Below the pieces are notes generated by a model that saw nothing but the letters and a program-made list of their open reading frames with translations, searched no databases and was not told the origin of the DNA. The translations under genes were made by a program, and so were the position numbers. A stretch of DNA of 57,976 nt from the NCBI GenBank assembly GCA_964537625.1, contig CAZIAF010000001.1, positions 1 to 57,976 on the forward strand, read 5' to 3'. This document shows, piece after piece, positions 17,965 to 27,874 of this stretch (positions are counted from its first letter, which is position 1; each line of letters starts with the position of its first letter). The stretch is from an uncultured Candidatus Bathyarchaeia archaeon. GTDB taxonomy: Archaea > Thermoproteota > Bathyarchaeia > TCS64.

Positions 17965-19553
17965 ATCCCATATCCATAATGATCTTTAACTATGAACTGC
18001 TTCTTATAGAGGTCTCTAACCTTCTCAAACGTGTCCACGTCTTCGAGTCCCTTATCATATCTTATGTGAATTATTCTGGCAAATCGGAGGGCGAAGCCAC
18101 TTTGGTACCTAGTACTCCTCTGTACCTCATTGAAAGCAACCTCAACAACAATCTCAGGGTGAACTGACAAGGTGTACTCGGTTTCGTTGATTTTGCTCCT
18201 ATGCAGACGCTGAGTCATCCAACGGAACTCCTCGTCTGTGAGTCCCTTGAATGTCTTGCCCACAACCTTCCAGTCCTCACCATCCTTCACGGCGAGGTGG
18301 TAGTTACTGAGCCACCCTTTCCGCCTGCCAGACCCCCAATCAACTGCGACAATTACCAGATCAAGGGTTTCTGAGGGCTTGAGTTTTAGCCAGTCTTTCC
18401 CCCTAGCCCCAGGAGCGTACGCGCTGTCGAGTCTCTTAGCCATAAGCCCCTCGTGGCCAGCTCTCATAGCTGCCTTATAGAACGCATCCGCCTCCTCCGA
18501 GCTGTCAGTGACAATCCGCTCCGTTAGAAGGACTTTAGGCGCTATCTTACTGAGAATTGCCCACCGCGTTTCGTTAGTTGCATCTATGAGGAGAGTTCCA
18601 TCAAGGTAGAGGACGTCGAAGAGATTGAGTTTGAGTGGGATGAGCTTCGCTGTCTGCTCGACCTCATTGACGCGGGTTAAGCGTCGCATAAGGTCCTGGA
18701 AGGGTAACGGCTTTCCCTCGGGACCAACTGCTATAATTTCCCCCTCTACGATCAGCCCAACTTGTGGTAGGAATCTCCGGACAAGAGTGACTATATCAGG
18801 GACACTCTCTGTGACGTCGCTTAAACGTCTGCTATAGATCCTAATCTCATCACCAATACGGTGTATCTGAACACGGGCACCATCGAATTTGTACTCGAAT
18901 GCTGTCTTACCGCCCTGCTCCTTAAGTGCTTCTTCAACGTTATTCACCGTCCCCGCTAGCATCGGCTTCAAAGGCACGAAAAGTTCAGGCTTGATCCCCT
19001 CTAATCCCTTCTTACCCTGGGTGAGAGCAATTAGGGCGACTTCTCCAAGGTTCCCCGTGAGCATGAGGGCTCTCCGTACTAACGGAAGAGGTGTCTTGGA
19101 TGCATCCGCTAATGCTTCGAGCATCACACCCTCGTTGACACCTATTCTCATATCGCCGAAGATGATTCTTACGAGGATCTCGACTTCCTCCGTACTCGCG
19201 TTACTAATCAGTCCAACGAGAAGCCGCTCCTTCAGCTTACGGGAGCGCATACCTGATGCAATAGCGATCTCCCCTAGGATGCTGTGGACTCGGCGGATTG
19301 TGAGCTGCTCTCTGAGGAGCGTCGTCTGCTTTTCTTTCTCCAGAACCCGCTTCATTGTTCTCCAACCTACCTCGAGGGTCCGGGGGTCGAACTCGGGGAA
19401 TATCTGACCAACGACCAATAGGACAGCAGACGCTACCTCATCGGGTTGAAGCTGCCGAAGGAACTCGGCGATAAGATGAGTCTTCTCAGTTCTCTTCATC
19501 GTCACCTCTAGCGCCTTGCACAGTTTCGCGAGATTGATGAAAGATGTAACCAT
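17961..19553 (-). CDS. lig: ATP-dependent DNA ligase
   Basis: 530 aa. EYKFDGARVQIHR (KxDG adenylation motif), EGLMAK and the OB-fold tail. Confidence 0.95.
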   Translation of the reverse strand: MVTSFINLAKLCKALEVTMKRTEKTHLIAEFLRQLQPDEVASAVLLVVGQIFPEFDPRTLEVGWRTMKRVLEKEKQTTLLREQLTIRRVHSILGEIAIASGMRSRKLKERLLVGLISNASTEEVEILVRIIFGDMRIGVNEGVMLEALADASKTPLPLVRRALMLTGNLGEVALIALTQGKKGLEGIKPELFVPLKPMLAGTVNNVEEALKEQGGKTAFEYKFDGARVQIHRIGDEIRIYSRRLSDVTESVPDIVTLVRRFLPQVGLIVEGEIIAVGPEGKPLPFQDLMRRLTRVNEVEQTAKLIPLKLNLFDVLYLDGTLLIDATNETRWAILSKIAPKVLLTERIVTDSSEEADAFYKAAMRAGHEGLMAKRLDSAYAPGARGKDWLKLKPSETLDLVIVAVDWGSGRRKGWLSNYHLAVKDGEDWKVVGKTFKGLTDEEFRWMTQRLHRSKINETEYTLSVHPEIVVEVAFNEVQRSTRYQSGFALRFARIIHIRYDKGLEDVDTFEKVRDLYKKQFIVKDHYGYGI

Positions 19554-19554
19554 C

Positions 19555-20580
19555 TCACATACCCCCGAGCCAGTCTTTGAGGCTCCTCTGTCCCTGAGCC
19601 TTCCTCATTCTGGCTAGCATAGTATCTACGCGTTCCCTACTGAAGCTCCGCTCGTCGCATAGAAACTTGATCAACTCATCTTCTTTGACTCGTTTCACAT
19701 CTAAGCTATAGTTGTCGGTAGTCGGGGGGTTGAGGTACAAATCTCTTATATCCTCCATCTCAGCGGGGAGTTGATTCCTAATCTCTGACGGGAGGTCTTC
19801 GAGACGCCCATGCCTCCGAAGAAGTTTTAGGGCTGTCTTCGGCCCGATGCCTCTAACACCTAGGTTGAAATCAGTGCCTATGAGAATGCCGAGATCGATA
19901 AGCTGCTTCCTCGTCAGCTCGAATGTACTCAGGAGTGCCTCTAACTCAATTATCTCGGGCTCTAGCTTACGAATTCTTCCTTTACTGGGCAACCATTCCT
20001 CTCCCTGGATGGTAATATACCGAACAAGCCTCGGGGTACCGAAGAGGAGGCTGTCGTAGTCCTGACTATTCGACGCCCAGACATCACCCTTCGCAGCCAT
20101 ATAGGCTGCCTGCGCCTCTCCCTCACTGGGTGCTTGAACCCAAGGAATACCGAGAAGGTCCAGGAGTCGCTTCGCGTCAGCGATGCCCTCTAGTGTAAGT
20201 TGTCCGGTCATGACCGCCTTCGACATCGCTGCATTATAATCCCCGGCGACGATCGCATCCCTGTACTCCTCTTCAAATCTCTCTCTGATCCTACGTCTCC
20301 TTTCTACCTCCGCTCTCTTCAATTTGGGGGGCTTACCGTCGAAAACGAAGACAAACTTCATCCCATATTCGGCGATCAGACGCGTTGTGCGGAAGGCGAG
20401 TCCAACGAGGTGGCTGGTTGTCCTACCATTGGCATCCATCAATTGTTTCCCGTCTCTTGTCCTGATGAGAGCTAGGAACTGGTGGAGAACAACGAAAGCG
20501 TCAACGGCGAAGCTCATATTCCTTAGGTCCTTAAGGTTGACTACTCTTTTCTCGATAATAGGGGTGAGGTTGACTCCCAA
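19555..20580 (-). CDS. fen: Flap endonuclease FEN-1
   Basis: 341 aa with XPG-N/XPG-I blocks (MGVNLTPII..., DAFVVLHQFL, GIPWVQAPSEGEAQAAYM). The C-terminal PIP box is QRSLKDWL. Confidence 0.95.
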   Translation of the reverse strand: MGVNLTPIIEKRVVNLKDLRNMSFAVDAFVVLHQFLALIRTRDGKQLMDANGRTTSHLVGLAFRTTRLIAEYGMKFVFVFDGKPPKLKRAEVERRRRIRERFEEEYRDAIVAGDYNAAMSKAVMTGQLTLEGIADAKRLLDLLGIPWVQAPSEGEAQAAYMAAKGDVWASNSQDYDSLLFGTPRLVRYITIQGEEWLPSKGRIRKLEPEIIELEALLSTFELTRKQLIDLGILIGTDFNLGVRGIGPKTALKLLRRHGRLEDLPSEIRNQLPAEMEDIRDLYLNPPTTDNYSLDVKRVKEDELIKFLCDERSFSRERVDTMLARMRKAQGQRSLKDWLGGM

Positions 20581-20619
20581 GCGAATCGAATTGATCTACT
20601 TGAATTCAGGTTAAATGAG

Positions 20620-21819
20620 TTACCAGAGGCTGGCAAGGGTAGCGTGGTATATGACCATTATAAGGAAGATCAATAAGGTGCTCGGTAGCAGGAACTTGTA
20701 GACCTTCTGCAGATCCGACCTGTAATACTGGTTCGTGAGAATAAGGCAGAGATGGAGGGGCGACACGTTGTAGCCAGCGACGATCCCCGCAAACATAATG
20801 GTGAGAACATAGACGTTCATTGGCGCCACAAGCGGCATCAAAAGTGGGAATACAATGCCTATGCCGAGTGTAGGTTGTGCCGAGATTGTGCCTATTAGGA
20901 GGGGGATTACGATCAACATCAGTAAAACTGGTACACCCATAGCGAGAATATTTCCCAGCAGGAGTGTCACGCTGCCAGCCTCCGAAACCATATATCGGAA
21001 GAACAAGGTCGAAAAGACGGCTGCAACTATATCCCACTTGACGCCCTTTTTGAAAAAATTCACAATCAACTTGAGATTCACCCTTCTGATGAGGATCACT
21101 ATTGCCATTCCAATAGCGACCGAAATCCATACTGGAATGGTGAAAAGAGTAAGAACGACAGTAACAAGAATTGGGGAAAGCCCGATTAGACTGCCTCGAT
21201 AGTCGCGGGGCCTGTACTCGACTTTTTCCTCCTTCTGTATCCATCTCCAGCTGATTGCAAAGCCTATCCCCCATGTCAGGAGAAAGAGCGGGAAGTTGAC
21301 CGCGATGAACTCGTTCAAGGCAATACCAGCGATGCTGCAGGCGAGGAGCGTCGAGGGGCTTATCGGTGAAGCCCAGTACCAGACATGCCTGAACCAGACA
21401 TTTATGAATGTTCTATGCTCTGATTTGAGCTTGAGTCTATCTGACTCCGGTTCATTGAAGGGCGCCGACATCAGAGCACCACCGGGCATGGATAGAATGC
21501 CGAAAAGAGCTGGTATTAATGCCAGAAGAAACCTGCTAGGTAAGAAGCTGCGTAGTCTATCAATAAGCTCAACCATGTGCCCCGTCTCCTTTAAGGCATA
21601 ACTGAATACAGTGATGAAAGCCACTGCAGCACAGAGTTCCCAGGTCGTCTTATCGCTCACAGTCTTAACAACTACGTCGATGAATATGCTCATAGGCTTC
21701 CCCGATGTGACTCCGATGATTCCGGCGGCTATGATTATAGTTGTGGCGAAATCAAAGTTCTTGAATCGAAGAGCGAAGATGATTACGAAGGCGACTAGGA
21801 GACCAAAAAGTTGTAACAT
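20620..21819 (-). CDS. Polytopic membrane protein (DUF401-like / ion-transporter-superfamily-like)
   Basis: 399 aa with at least 10 hydrophobic segments. The family assignment is from memory of DUF401-type sequences and is unverified. Confidence 0.65.
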   Translation of the reverse strand: MLQLFGLLVAFVIIFALRFKNFDFATTIIIAAGIIGVTSGKPMSIFIDVVVKTVSDKTTWELCAAVAFITVFSYALKETGHMVELIDRLRSFLPSRFLLALIPALFGILSMPGGALMSAPFNEPESDRLKLKSEHRTFINVWFRHVWYWASPISPSTLLACSIAGIALNEFIAVNFPLFLLTWGIGFAISWRWIQKEEKVEYRPRDYRGSLIGLSPILVTVVLTLFTIPVWISVAIGMAIVILIRRVNLKLIVNFFKKGVKWDIVAAVFSTLFFRYMVSEAGSVTLLLGNILAMGVPVLLMLIVIPLLIGTISAQPTLGIGIVFPLLMPLVAPMNVYVLTIMFAGIVAGYNVSPLHLCLILTNQYYRSDLQKVYKFLLPSTLLIFLIMVIYHATLASLW

Positions 21820-21954
21820 TCAATGTACCAGATTGTTCACTCTGATAGATCCTATTCATATAAAACCCTTTCAGCCCCGAGGATTCCAATAAGGTCTAAC
21901 TAAAACCAACAAGTCCCCATGAGAGACTTTAGTTTACTGATCTAAAAAAACCTG

Positions 21955-22293
21955 TCAAGAAGGATATGAGGTGAGCTTCTGAAGTCTACCCTCAATCATC
22001 TTTTTCGGTAACGCACCAAGAGTCTTGTCGGTGAGTTTTCCATCCTTAAAATATAGGATGGTGGGTATGCTCATTATCCCGAACCTCATTGGAATCTTTC
22101 TGTTTTCATCGACGTTGAGCTTTCCAAAGGTTATGTTGTTCCACTCGCTAGCAAGCTGCTCAATCACTGGGCTGAGCATGTTGCATGGCCCGCACCAGGC
22201 AGCCCAGCAGTCGATAACGGCGAGTTTGTTCTTGGTTATGAACTCCTCGAAGGAAGTATCTGTTACAGCGATTGTTTTCTTTTCTTCGGCCAT
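21955..22293 (-). CDS. trx: Thioredoxin
   Basis: 112 aa with the WCGPC active site ([12 protein letters not shown]). Confidence 0.9.
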   Translation of the reverse strand: MAEEKKTIAVTDTSFEEFITKNKLAVIDCWAAWCGPCNMLSPVIEQLASEWNNITFGKLNVDENRKIPMRFGIMSIPTILYFKDGKLTDKTLGALPKKMIEGRLQKLTSYPS

Positions 22294-22362
22294 TTTAGTC
22301 GAGTCTGTGTGATGATGCGCTGGATATAAATATATTTAAAGGTGTTCAACATCATTGAACAT

Positions 22363-22797
22363 ATGTCTCTTCGTGAGCTCCAAAGCTTAATTAACGCCCC
22401 CGAGCTTGGCGCGGATGAACTTATGCGTTGCACACTTGGCGTCAAGACATCAGAGGTCGAAGCCTATTGCGCCCTCTCCGGTCTCGGCTTAACAACTGTT
22501 CAGGAAGTAGCCGAAAGACTCGGTAAAAGCAGACCGACTACTCAACGATTGCTCCAGTCTCTGGTCGAGAAGGGGCTTTCGACTCGGGAAGAAGAGTTGA
22601 TTGGTCTTGGTGGCTACAAATTTGTTTATCGTGCTGTTGACTCGAACCGTTTGAAAGTCGCAATCCGAGAGATGTTAGATAGATGGTACAAGCGGATGGT
22701 GGAGGATCTAGATGATCTCCCCGTTAAAATCGAGGAGATGGGATGTCCTCGCCGGTTTAGCAGGTTGTCAGGTACCGGTCGATCTCCCAGGGTGTAA
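22363..22797 (+). CDS. TrmB/MarR-like wHTH transcriptional regulator
   Basis: TTVQEVAERLGKSRPTTQRLLQSLVEKGLSTRE is an HTH plus wing. The start is taken at ATG 22363 (the track uses GTG 22342). Its 3' tail overlaps the glnA 3' end by 41 nt. Confidence 0.6.
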   Translation: MSLRELQSLINAPELGADELMRCTLGVKTSEVEAYCALSGLGLTTVQEVAERLGKSRPTTQRLLQSLVEKGLSTREEELIGLGGYKFVYRAVDSNRLKVAIREMLDRWYKRMVEDLDDLPVKIEEMGCPRRFSRLSGTGRSPRV

Positions 22798-24115
22798 TCC
22801 TGGGGCGGCTAGACACCCAATCTGTGCCGACGTACTTCATATAGACCTCGTATTCAGTCCTCTTCGCCTTGGTAAGATTCTTAGCAATATAGTCGCCGAC
22901 GGCGCTTGAAATGATCGGGTCTCTCTCGAATGCAGCGACGGCGTCACCGAGATTCTCGGGGAGCATTTCTAAGTTTTTGGCGTGGTATACGTTATCTTCA
23001 AATATTTCTGGTGGCTCCGCTTTTCTTTTAATTCCATCGAGGCCTGCTCTTAACATTACTGTCTCAGCGAGGTAGAGGTTGCAACTTGGGTCGGGATGTC
23101 TGTACTCCATACGTGTGACTTTGGCTTTATCTCCAGGGTATTGGGGTACACGAACGATTGCAGAGCGGTTCCCGAGGCCCCAGGCGATGTAAACAGGTGC
23201 CTCATAGTGAGGGACGAGTCTCTTGTAGCTATTTACTAATGGTGAGACTATCATACTCATCGCCTGTGCGTGGTTTAGTATTCCAGCTATGTAGCTGTAA
23301 GCCATCCTGCTGAGGCCGTTTTCACTGTCTCTATCGCCAAAGAGGTTTCTCCCTGTTTTGAGGTCGCTAAGGCTCTGATGTACGTGGCAACCTGAGCCAT
23401 TTGAACCCCAGAAGGGCTTAGGCATGAAGGTAGCGGAGGCTCCATGCTTCTCCGCAATGATTTTAACAACAAGTTTGTAAAGGACGGCGTTGTCCGCCGT
23501 CTTTAATGCATCTGCGTACCTAAAATTGATCTCCTGTTGTCCCATGGCAACTTCATGATGGATCTTGTCGAGTTGAAAACCAGCCGCTTCGAGGTTCATC
23601 ATCGTCTCGAGTTTCATATCCTCTGTAGGGTCCATGGGCGGGAGGTAGAAGTAACCACCAGATCCGTAGGGAGAAATGCCGCCATTGCCGCGTTGGACAT
23701 AGAAATATTCGAGTTCGGGGCCTGTGTTGAATCCCATATTTTTTTCCTCGAGTTCGTCGAGAGTTGCCTTAAGGCGGCCTCGGCAATCTCCTTCGAAGGG
23801 GGAGCCGTTAGGGTTACTTAGATATGTGAATATAACGGCAACGCCCGGAGTTTCCCACATGGGGATGAGGAAAGTGGATGGATCTGGATGAGCGGTGAGA
23901 TCACTATGCTCGATGTTTACGAGTCCCATACTGGAGCCATCGAAGCCTATCCCTTCTCTAAGGGCCGTAGGGAGCTGGTACTCTGGTATCAGCATCGCGC
24001 GCGGCATACCATTGAGATCGATAATAATTAAACGAATGTAACGAATATCATGTTTCTTCACCTCGGCCATTATAGGTTCCACGCTGTCGGGGCTTGTCAA
24101 CGAGTTTATGATCAT
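22757..24115 (-). CDS. glnA: Glutamine synthetase type I
   Basis: IRYIRLIIIDLNG (beta-grasp) and FMPKPFWGSNGSGCHVHQSL, plus further GS blocks. The start is uncertain: GTG 24133, ATG 24115 or ATG 24070. Confidence 0.93.
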   Translation of the reverse strand: MIINSLTSPDSVEPIMAEVKKHDIRYIRLIIIDLNGMPRAMLIPEYQLPTALREGIGFDGSSMGLVNIEHSDLTAHPDPSTFLIPMWETPGVAVIFTYLSNPNGSPFEGDCRGRLKATLDELEEKNMGFNTGPELEYFYVQRGNGGISPYGSGGYFYLPPMDPTEDMKLETMMNLEAAGFQLDKIHHEVAMGQQEINFRYADALKTADNAVLYKLVVKIIAEKHGASATFMPKPFWGSNGSGCHVHQSLSDLKTGRNLFGDRDSENGLSRMAYSYIAGILNHAQAMSMIVSPLVNSYKRLVPHYEAPVYIAWGLGNRSAIVRVPQYPGDKAKVTRMEYRHPDPSCNLYLAETVMLRAGLDGIKRKAEPPEIFEDNVYHAKNLEMLPENLGDAVAAFERDPIISSAVGDYIAKNLTKAKRTEYEVYMKYVGTDWVSSRPRITPWEIDRYLTTC

Positions 24116-24166
24116 AATAAAGCGGAATATCACACAACGATAATATATATCTTATCCTATTTTTAC

Positions 24167-24180
24167 TATACAATTGTATA
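24167..24180. promoter_or_regulatory. Perfect 14-bp palindrome TATACAATTGTATA upstream of glnA
   Basis: Read directly from the sequence. It lies 34-110 nt upstream of the candidate glnA starts, in an AT-rich promoter region. Confidence 0.3.
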
Positions 24181-24207
24181 CTAAACAATCTAAATCTAAA
24201 AAAATGA

Positions 24208-25101
24208 TTACTCCTTAGATATACTGGTAATTATGGCGCCTACGATTATGCCTGCACCGCCAACGAGTGTTAATGGCAGAGGGATTATGCCAAAGAACGC
24301 GAATTCACCGATAAAAGCTGCTACGGGTTCAAGGTAGAGCCAAATCGATGCCTTAACCGCTTCGGTGCGGCTTAGAGCGTAGTTCCAGAGTAGGTATCCG
24401 ATGCTGCTACAGAACACCGCGAGGTACAGGATGCTCACCCACTGCTGTGTAGTGAGCATGAAGACACTTCCCCAGTCCGAGGTTAAACTCAAAGGCAGAA
24501 GAAAAACCATACCCCACATAGTCGTATATGCAGTGACCATCAAAGGATGACCGATTCTCTTCATCAATCGTCTGCTTAATGTTGAGTATATGCTCCAACA
24601 GACCGCATTGCCTATTAGGCAGGCGACTCCAATGAAGAACCCCCAGTCAACATTATTGACGAATAGCTTCGGTAGAGCAATTAATGCAACCCCAGATAAC
24701 CCGAGGCCGATGCCTAGGACTTTCCTTAGATTGAATTTCTCTTTTAGCAGAATTGCCCCTGCAATCCCTGTGAGGACTGGCATCAAGCCGACCGCGAGTA
24801 CGGCAGAGACACCAGCACCCGCATACTGAACACCGGTGTATTGGAGCCAGAAGTAGATACTTATACTGAGGAATCCGAAAAGGGCGAGCTCCTTTAAGTC
24901 TACCATGTTGGGTTTGTTGCCCCTTCGGTACTCCCATAGTATCACCGGTGTGTAGATGATGGAGGCGATGATGAATCTTATAGTTGCCAGCATCACTGGT
25001 GAAAGCGTAGTAAGCACCATCCTGGCGGCGACGAAGCTGAGTCCCCATATGATAGCGACGCTTACCGCGGCAACCGTACCATAACCATCGTTTTTCGACA
25101 A
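24208..25101 (-). CDS. EamA/DMT-family transporter
   Basis: 297 aa with 10 TM segments in two EamA-like repeats. Confidence 0.85.
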   Translation of the reverse strand: MSKNDGYGTVAAVSVAIIWGLSFVAARMVLTTLSPVMLATIRFIIASIIYTPVILWEYRRGNKPNMVDLKELALFGFLSISIYFWLQYTGVQYAGAGVSAVLAVGLMPVLTGIAGAILLKEKFNLRKVLGIGLGLSGVALIALPKLFVNNVDWGFFIGVACLIGNAVCWSIYSTLSRRLMKRIGHPLMVTAYTTMWGMVFLLPLSLTSDWGSVFMLTTQQWVSILYLAVFCSSIGYLLWNYALSRTEAVKASIWLYLEPVAAFIGEFAFFGIIPLPLTLVGGAGIIVGAIITSISKE

Positions 25102-25219
25102 ACCTATCTCCCATTTTTTTAATGAAATATGCCTATCTCATCTACATATTTTAAACTTATGGGAAATCTCATATACATGTGTATAGTTTTTCTTATTTAC
25201 TCTGAATGAGGTGTCCCTG

Positions 25220-25678
25220 ATGTTTATGCTTGATGAGATTGACAGGAAGGTCTTGAAGGAGCTATTGAAAGACTCGAAGAGAAGCCAGAGGGAGCTTGCG
25301 AAGGCGATTGGCGTCTCTACAGCGACGGTGATCAACCACATCACCAGACTCGAGTCCGCTGGCGTCGTTAAGGACTACACGATCATGGTCGACTGGGAGA
25401 GGCTTGGCTATGAGCTTACTGTCATAATAGAGATCACTGTAGCTCGTGGTAAGCTGATCGAGGTCCAGAAGGCAATCAGTAAGCTCCCCTACGTCTGCGG
25501 TGTATACGACATCACTGGCGAGATCGACAGCATCGTGGTAGCGAAATTCAAGACTAGACAGGAGCTGAGTGAGTTCCCGAAAGCCCTCCTAAGTATGCCT
25601 GACATAGAAAGGACAAACACGCATGTAGTGCTCAACACCGTGAAGGAAGACTTCAGGATGCTAGATAACCTGAGATAG
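25220..25678 (+). CDS. Lrp/AsnC-family transcriptional regulator
   Basis: DEIDRKVLKELLKDSKRSQRELAKAIGVSTATVINHITRLESAGVV plus a RAM domain. The ATG at 25220 lies 6 nt after GAGGTG. Confidence 0.9.
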   Translation: MFMLDEIDRKVLKELLKDSKRSQRELAKAIGVSTATVINHITRLESAGVVKDYTIMVDWERLGYELTVIIEITVARGKLIEVQKAISKLPYVCGVYDITGEIDSIVVAKFKTRQELSEFPKALLSMPDIERTNTHVVLNTVKEDFRMLDNLR

Positions 25679-25681
25679 GAT

Positions 25682-26053
25682 CTACTTCTTTTTCGCTTCC
25701 TTCTTTACTCGTTCCAGATAGTCTTCCCTTGGTGGCGCGAAGCACTCGATGAGGACAGCGGGTTTGTTTCCTGTAGCGTCGAAGTTGTGGGAGATATTCG
25801 GTGGCGCGACGAATGTACACTGGGCTTTAATATGAGTCTTCTCGTCGCCCATGTAGAGATCTCCCTCACCTTCATGCAGGTAACCTATTTGCTCATTGGG
25901 GTGACTGTGGGGAGGAGTTGGGAGCCCAGGCTCAATTGTATTGATCATCATCATGCACTTCTCGCCTGCCATAAGTATCTCACCGTGGCGCCCCTTCACC
26001 GTTTCCAGCTTAGGCGCATCCTTACGTTTAACTATCGTAATCATAGGGATCAA
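25682..26053 (-). CDS. Cupin-domain protein
   Basis: 123 aa with the cupin_2 metal motif PPHSHPNEQIGYLHEGEG...H. Confidence 0.8.
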   Translation of the reverse strand: MIPMITIVKRKDAPKLETVKGRHGEILMAGEKCMMMINTIEPGLPTPPHSHPNEQIGYLHEGEGDLYMGDEKTHIKAQCTFVAPPNISHNFDATGNKPAVLIECFAPPREDYLERVKKEAKKK

Positions 26054-26151
26054 ACCTTTTTATTTGACTCGGGTTTTAAACCTCTTGGTCCATGTCGCGT
26101 GTGCGATAATTAGCATCAGCTAATAAGATAATTCGCAAAGAAAACGACGGA

Positions 26152-27729
26152 CTACACTTTTCTGAGGGTCTTACCAGGTAGCTTACCCGTGTGCTTACCT
26201 TTTTCGATAGTGAAGACCCCATTGCATACGACGTAGGGTATGCCCGAGGCGAAGCGATGGGGATCCGTGAATGTTGCTTCATCCTTTATGGTGTCGGGAT
26301 TGAAGACGACGATGTCTGCCTTATAGCCCTCACGGAGGAGACCGCGACTCTTAAGACCGAGACGCTGAGCAGGAGCGGATGTCATCTTCCTAATCGCCTC
26401 CTCAAGCGGAATTATCTTCTCCTCCCTTACATATTGGCTTAGGATCCTAGGGAAGGTGCCGTAGAAGCGTGGATGGGGTTTGCCTTTACCGAGGACTCCT
26501 TTCGGACTTATCGCTGAGCCGTCAGAGCCCACCATCCCAAGGGGGCTTCTCATCACCGTCTTGATGTCCTCCTCAGTCATGCCAAACATGACTGTGGGAA
26601 CTTGAGTCTCCTCAGCAAGGAGCAAGTCGCAGGCAGCGTCATGTGGTTTTTTTCCTTGCTCTTTAGCTATATCGGCGATAGTCTTACCATTATACTTTGG
26701 GTTATTCTTAGCGTAGACTACAAGGATGCTTCCCCAATCACGTTCAATGCGTTGTTCCTTCGCCATTTTTTTGCGGAGCTCGGGTTCCCGGAGTCTTTCC
26801 ATCATCTTTTCTGCTCCTCCCTCGTGAGCCCAGTGAGGTAGTATTGCAGCGAGCCCCGTACTAGATGCGATGTACGGGTATTGGTCGAATGTGACGTCAA
26901 CATCTCTGGTGCGTGCTTCCTCTATAAGCTTCAACGAGTCCTTGACCATGCCCCATGCCTTCTTTCCGGAGGCCTTAAAATGGGCTATTTGAACAGGGAG
27001 CCCAGCCTTCTCTCCAATCTCCACCGCCTCGTTGACTGCAGAGAGCAGAGAGGAGTACTCCTCGCCTCTGATGTGACTAGCGTAGACGCCGTTATGCTTC
27101 GCTACAACTTTTGCGAGTTCGATGATCTCAGGGGTCCCCGCATAGACGCTGGGCGGGTAGATGAGGCCCGTGCTCATGCCATAAGCACCATCCCTCATCG
27201 CCTCGTCGACAAGCTTTCTCATTTGTAGGAGTTCGGCATCGGAGGGGTCTCTATTTTCGTGACCGATAACGTTCTGACGGACGGTACCATGGCCGACCCA
27301 AGTCGCAACATTGAAGCTGATGCCTTGCCTGTCGACGCGATCCAAATAGTCCTTCACGGAGACCCAGTCATACTCAAAGTCTTCGGGAACACCACTTCGA
27401 CTATATTTCTCCCTATAAGACTTCACATTTTTATTCATAGGCGCTGCGGAGCTACCGCAGTTACCAACAACCTCGACGGTGATCCCTTGGTAGACCTTCG
27501 ACTCGACATGGGGGTCAACTAAGAGAGGGATGTCGCTATGGCTGTGGATATCTATAAAGCCGGGTGAGACAACGTGGTCCTTGACGTTCACTTTTTTCTC
27601 TGCTTGGGAACCTTTTAGGTTACCTATGGCTTCGATCTTGTCCCCGACGATGCCGATATCAGCCTTGAACCATGTGTTCCCTGACCCATCTATAACATGT
27701 CCACTCTCAAATAAAATGTCAAACTTCAA
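26152..27729 (-). CDS. N-acyl-D-amino-acid deacylase (D-aminoacylase) family amidohydrolase
   Basis: 525 aa. The N-terminal FESGHVIDGSG...VSPGFIDIHSHSD motif and the length are typical of D-aminoacylases. Confidence 0.8.
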   Translation of the reverse strand: MKFDILFESGHVIDGSGNTWFKADIGIVGDKIEAIGNLKGSQAEKKVNVKDHVVSPGFIDIHSHSDIPLLVDPHVESKVYQGITVEVVGNCGSSAAPMNKNVKSYREKYSRSGVPEDFEYDWVSVKDYLDRVDRQGISFNVATWVGHGTVRQNVIGHENRDPSDAELLQMRKLVDEAMRDGAYGMSTGLIYPPSVYAGTPEIIELAKVVAKHNGVYASHIRGEEYSSLLSAVNEAVEIGEKAGLPVQIAHFKASGKKAWGMVKDSLKLIEEARTRDVDVTFDQYPYIASSTGLAAILPHWAHEGGAEKMMERLREPELRKKMAKEQRIERDWGSILVVYAKNNPKYNGKTIADIAKEQGKKPHDAACDLLLAEETQVPTVMFGMTEEDIKTVMRSPLGMVGSDGSAISPKGVLGKGKPHPRFYGTFPRILSQYVREEKIIPLEEAIRKMTSAPAQRLGLKSRGLLREGYKADIVVFNPDTIKDEATFTDPHRFASGIPYVVCNGVFTIEKGKHTGKLPGKTLRKV

Positions 27730-27874
27730 AACCAGTCACAGCTTAGAGGTGGTGGCTAATATGATAAAGAGTTTAGCCTGAGTAGTAATAAGCGCGATGA
27801 ACCCAAAACTCCAAATTCCATGTGTAAATAATAAAAAAAAGCACATTTATTGAAAACGAAGTTTACAAGCGAAG

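Noticed and set aside
26109-26124. Short hairpin ATTAGC-atca-GCTAAT between the cupin and D-aminoacylase genes.
   Set aside because: A 6-bp AT-rich stem in an AT-rich spacer is expected by chance, and archaeal termination relies mainly on oligo-T tracts.
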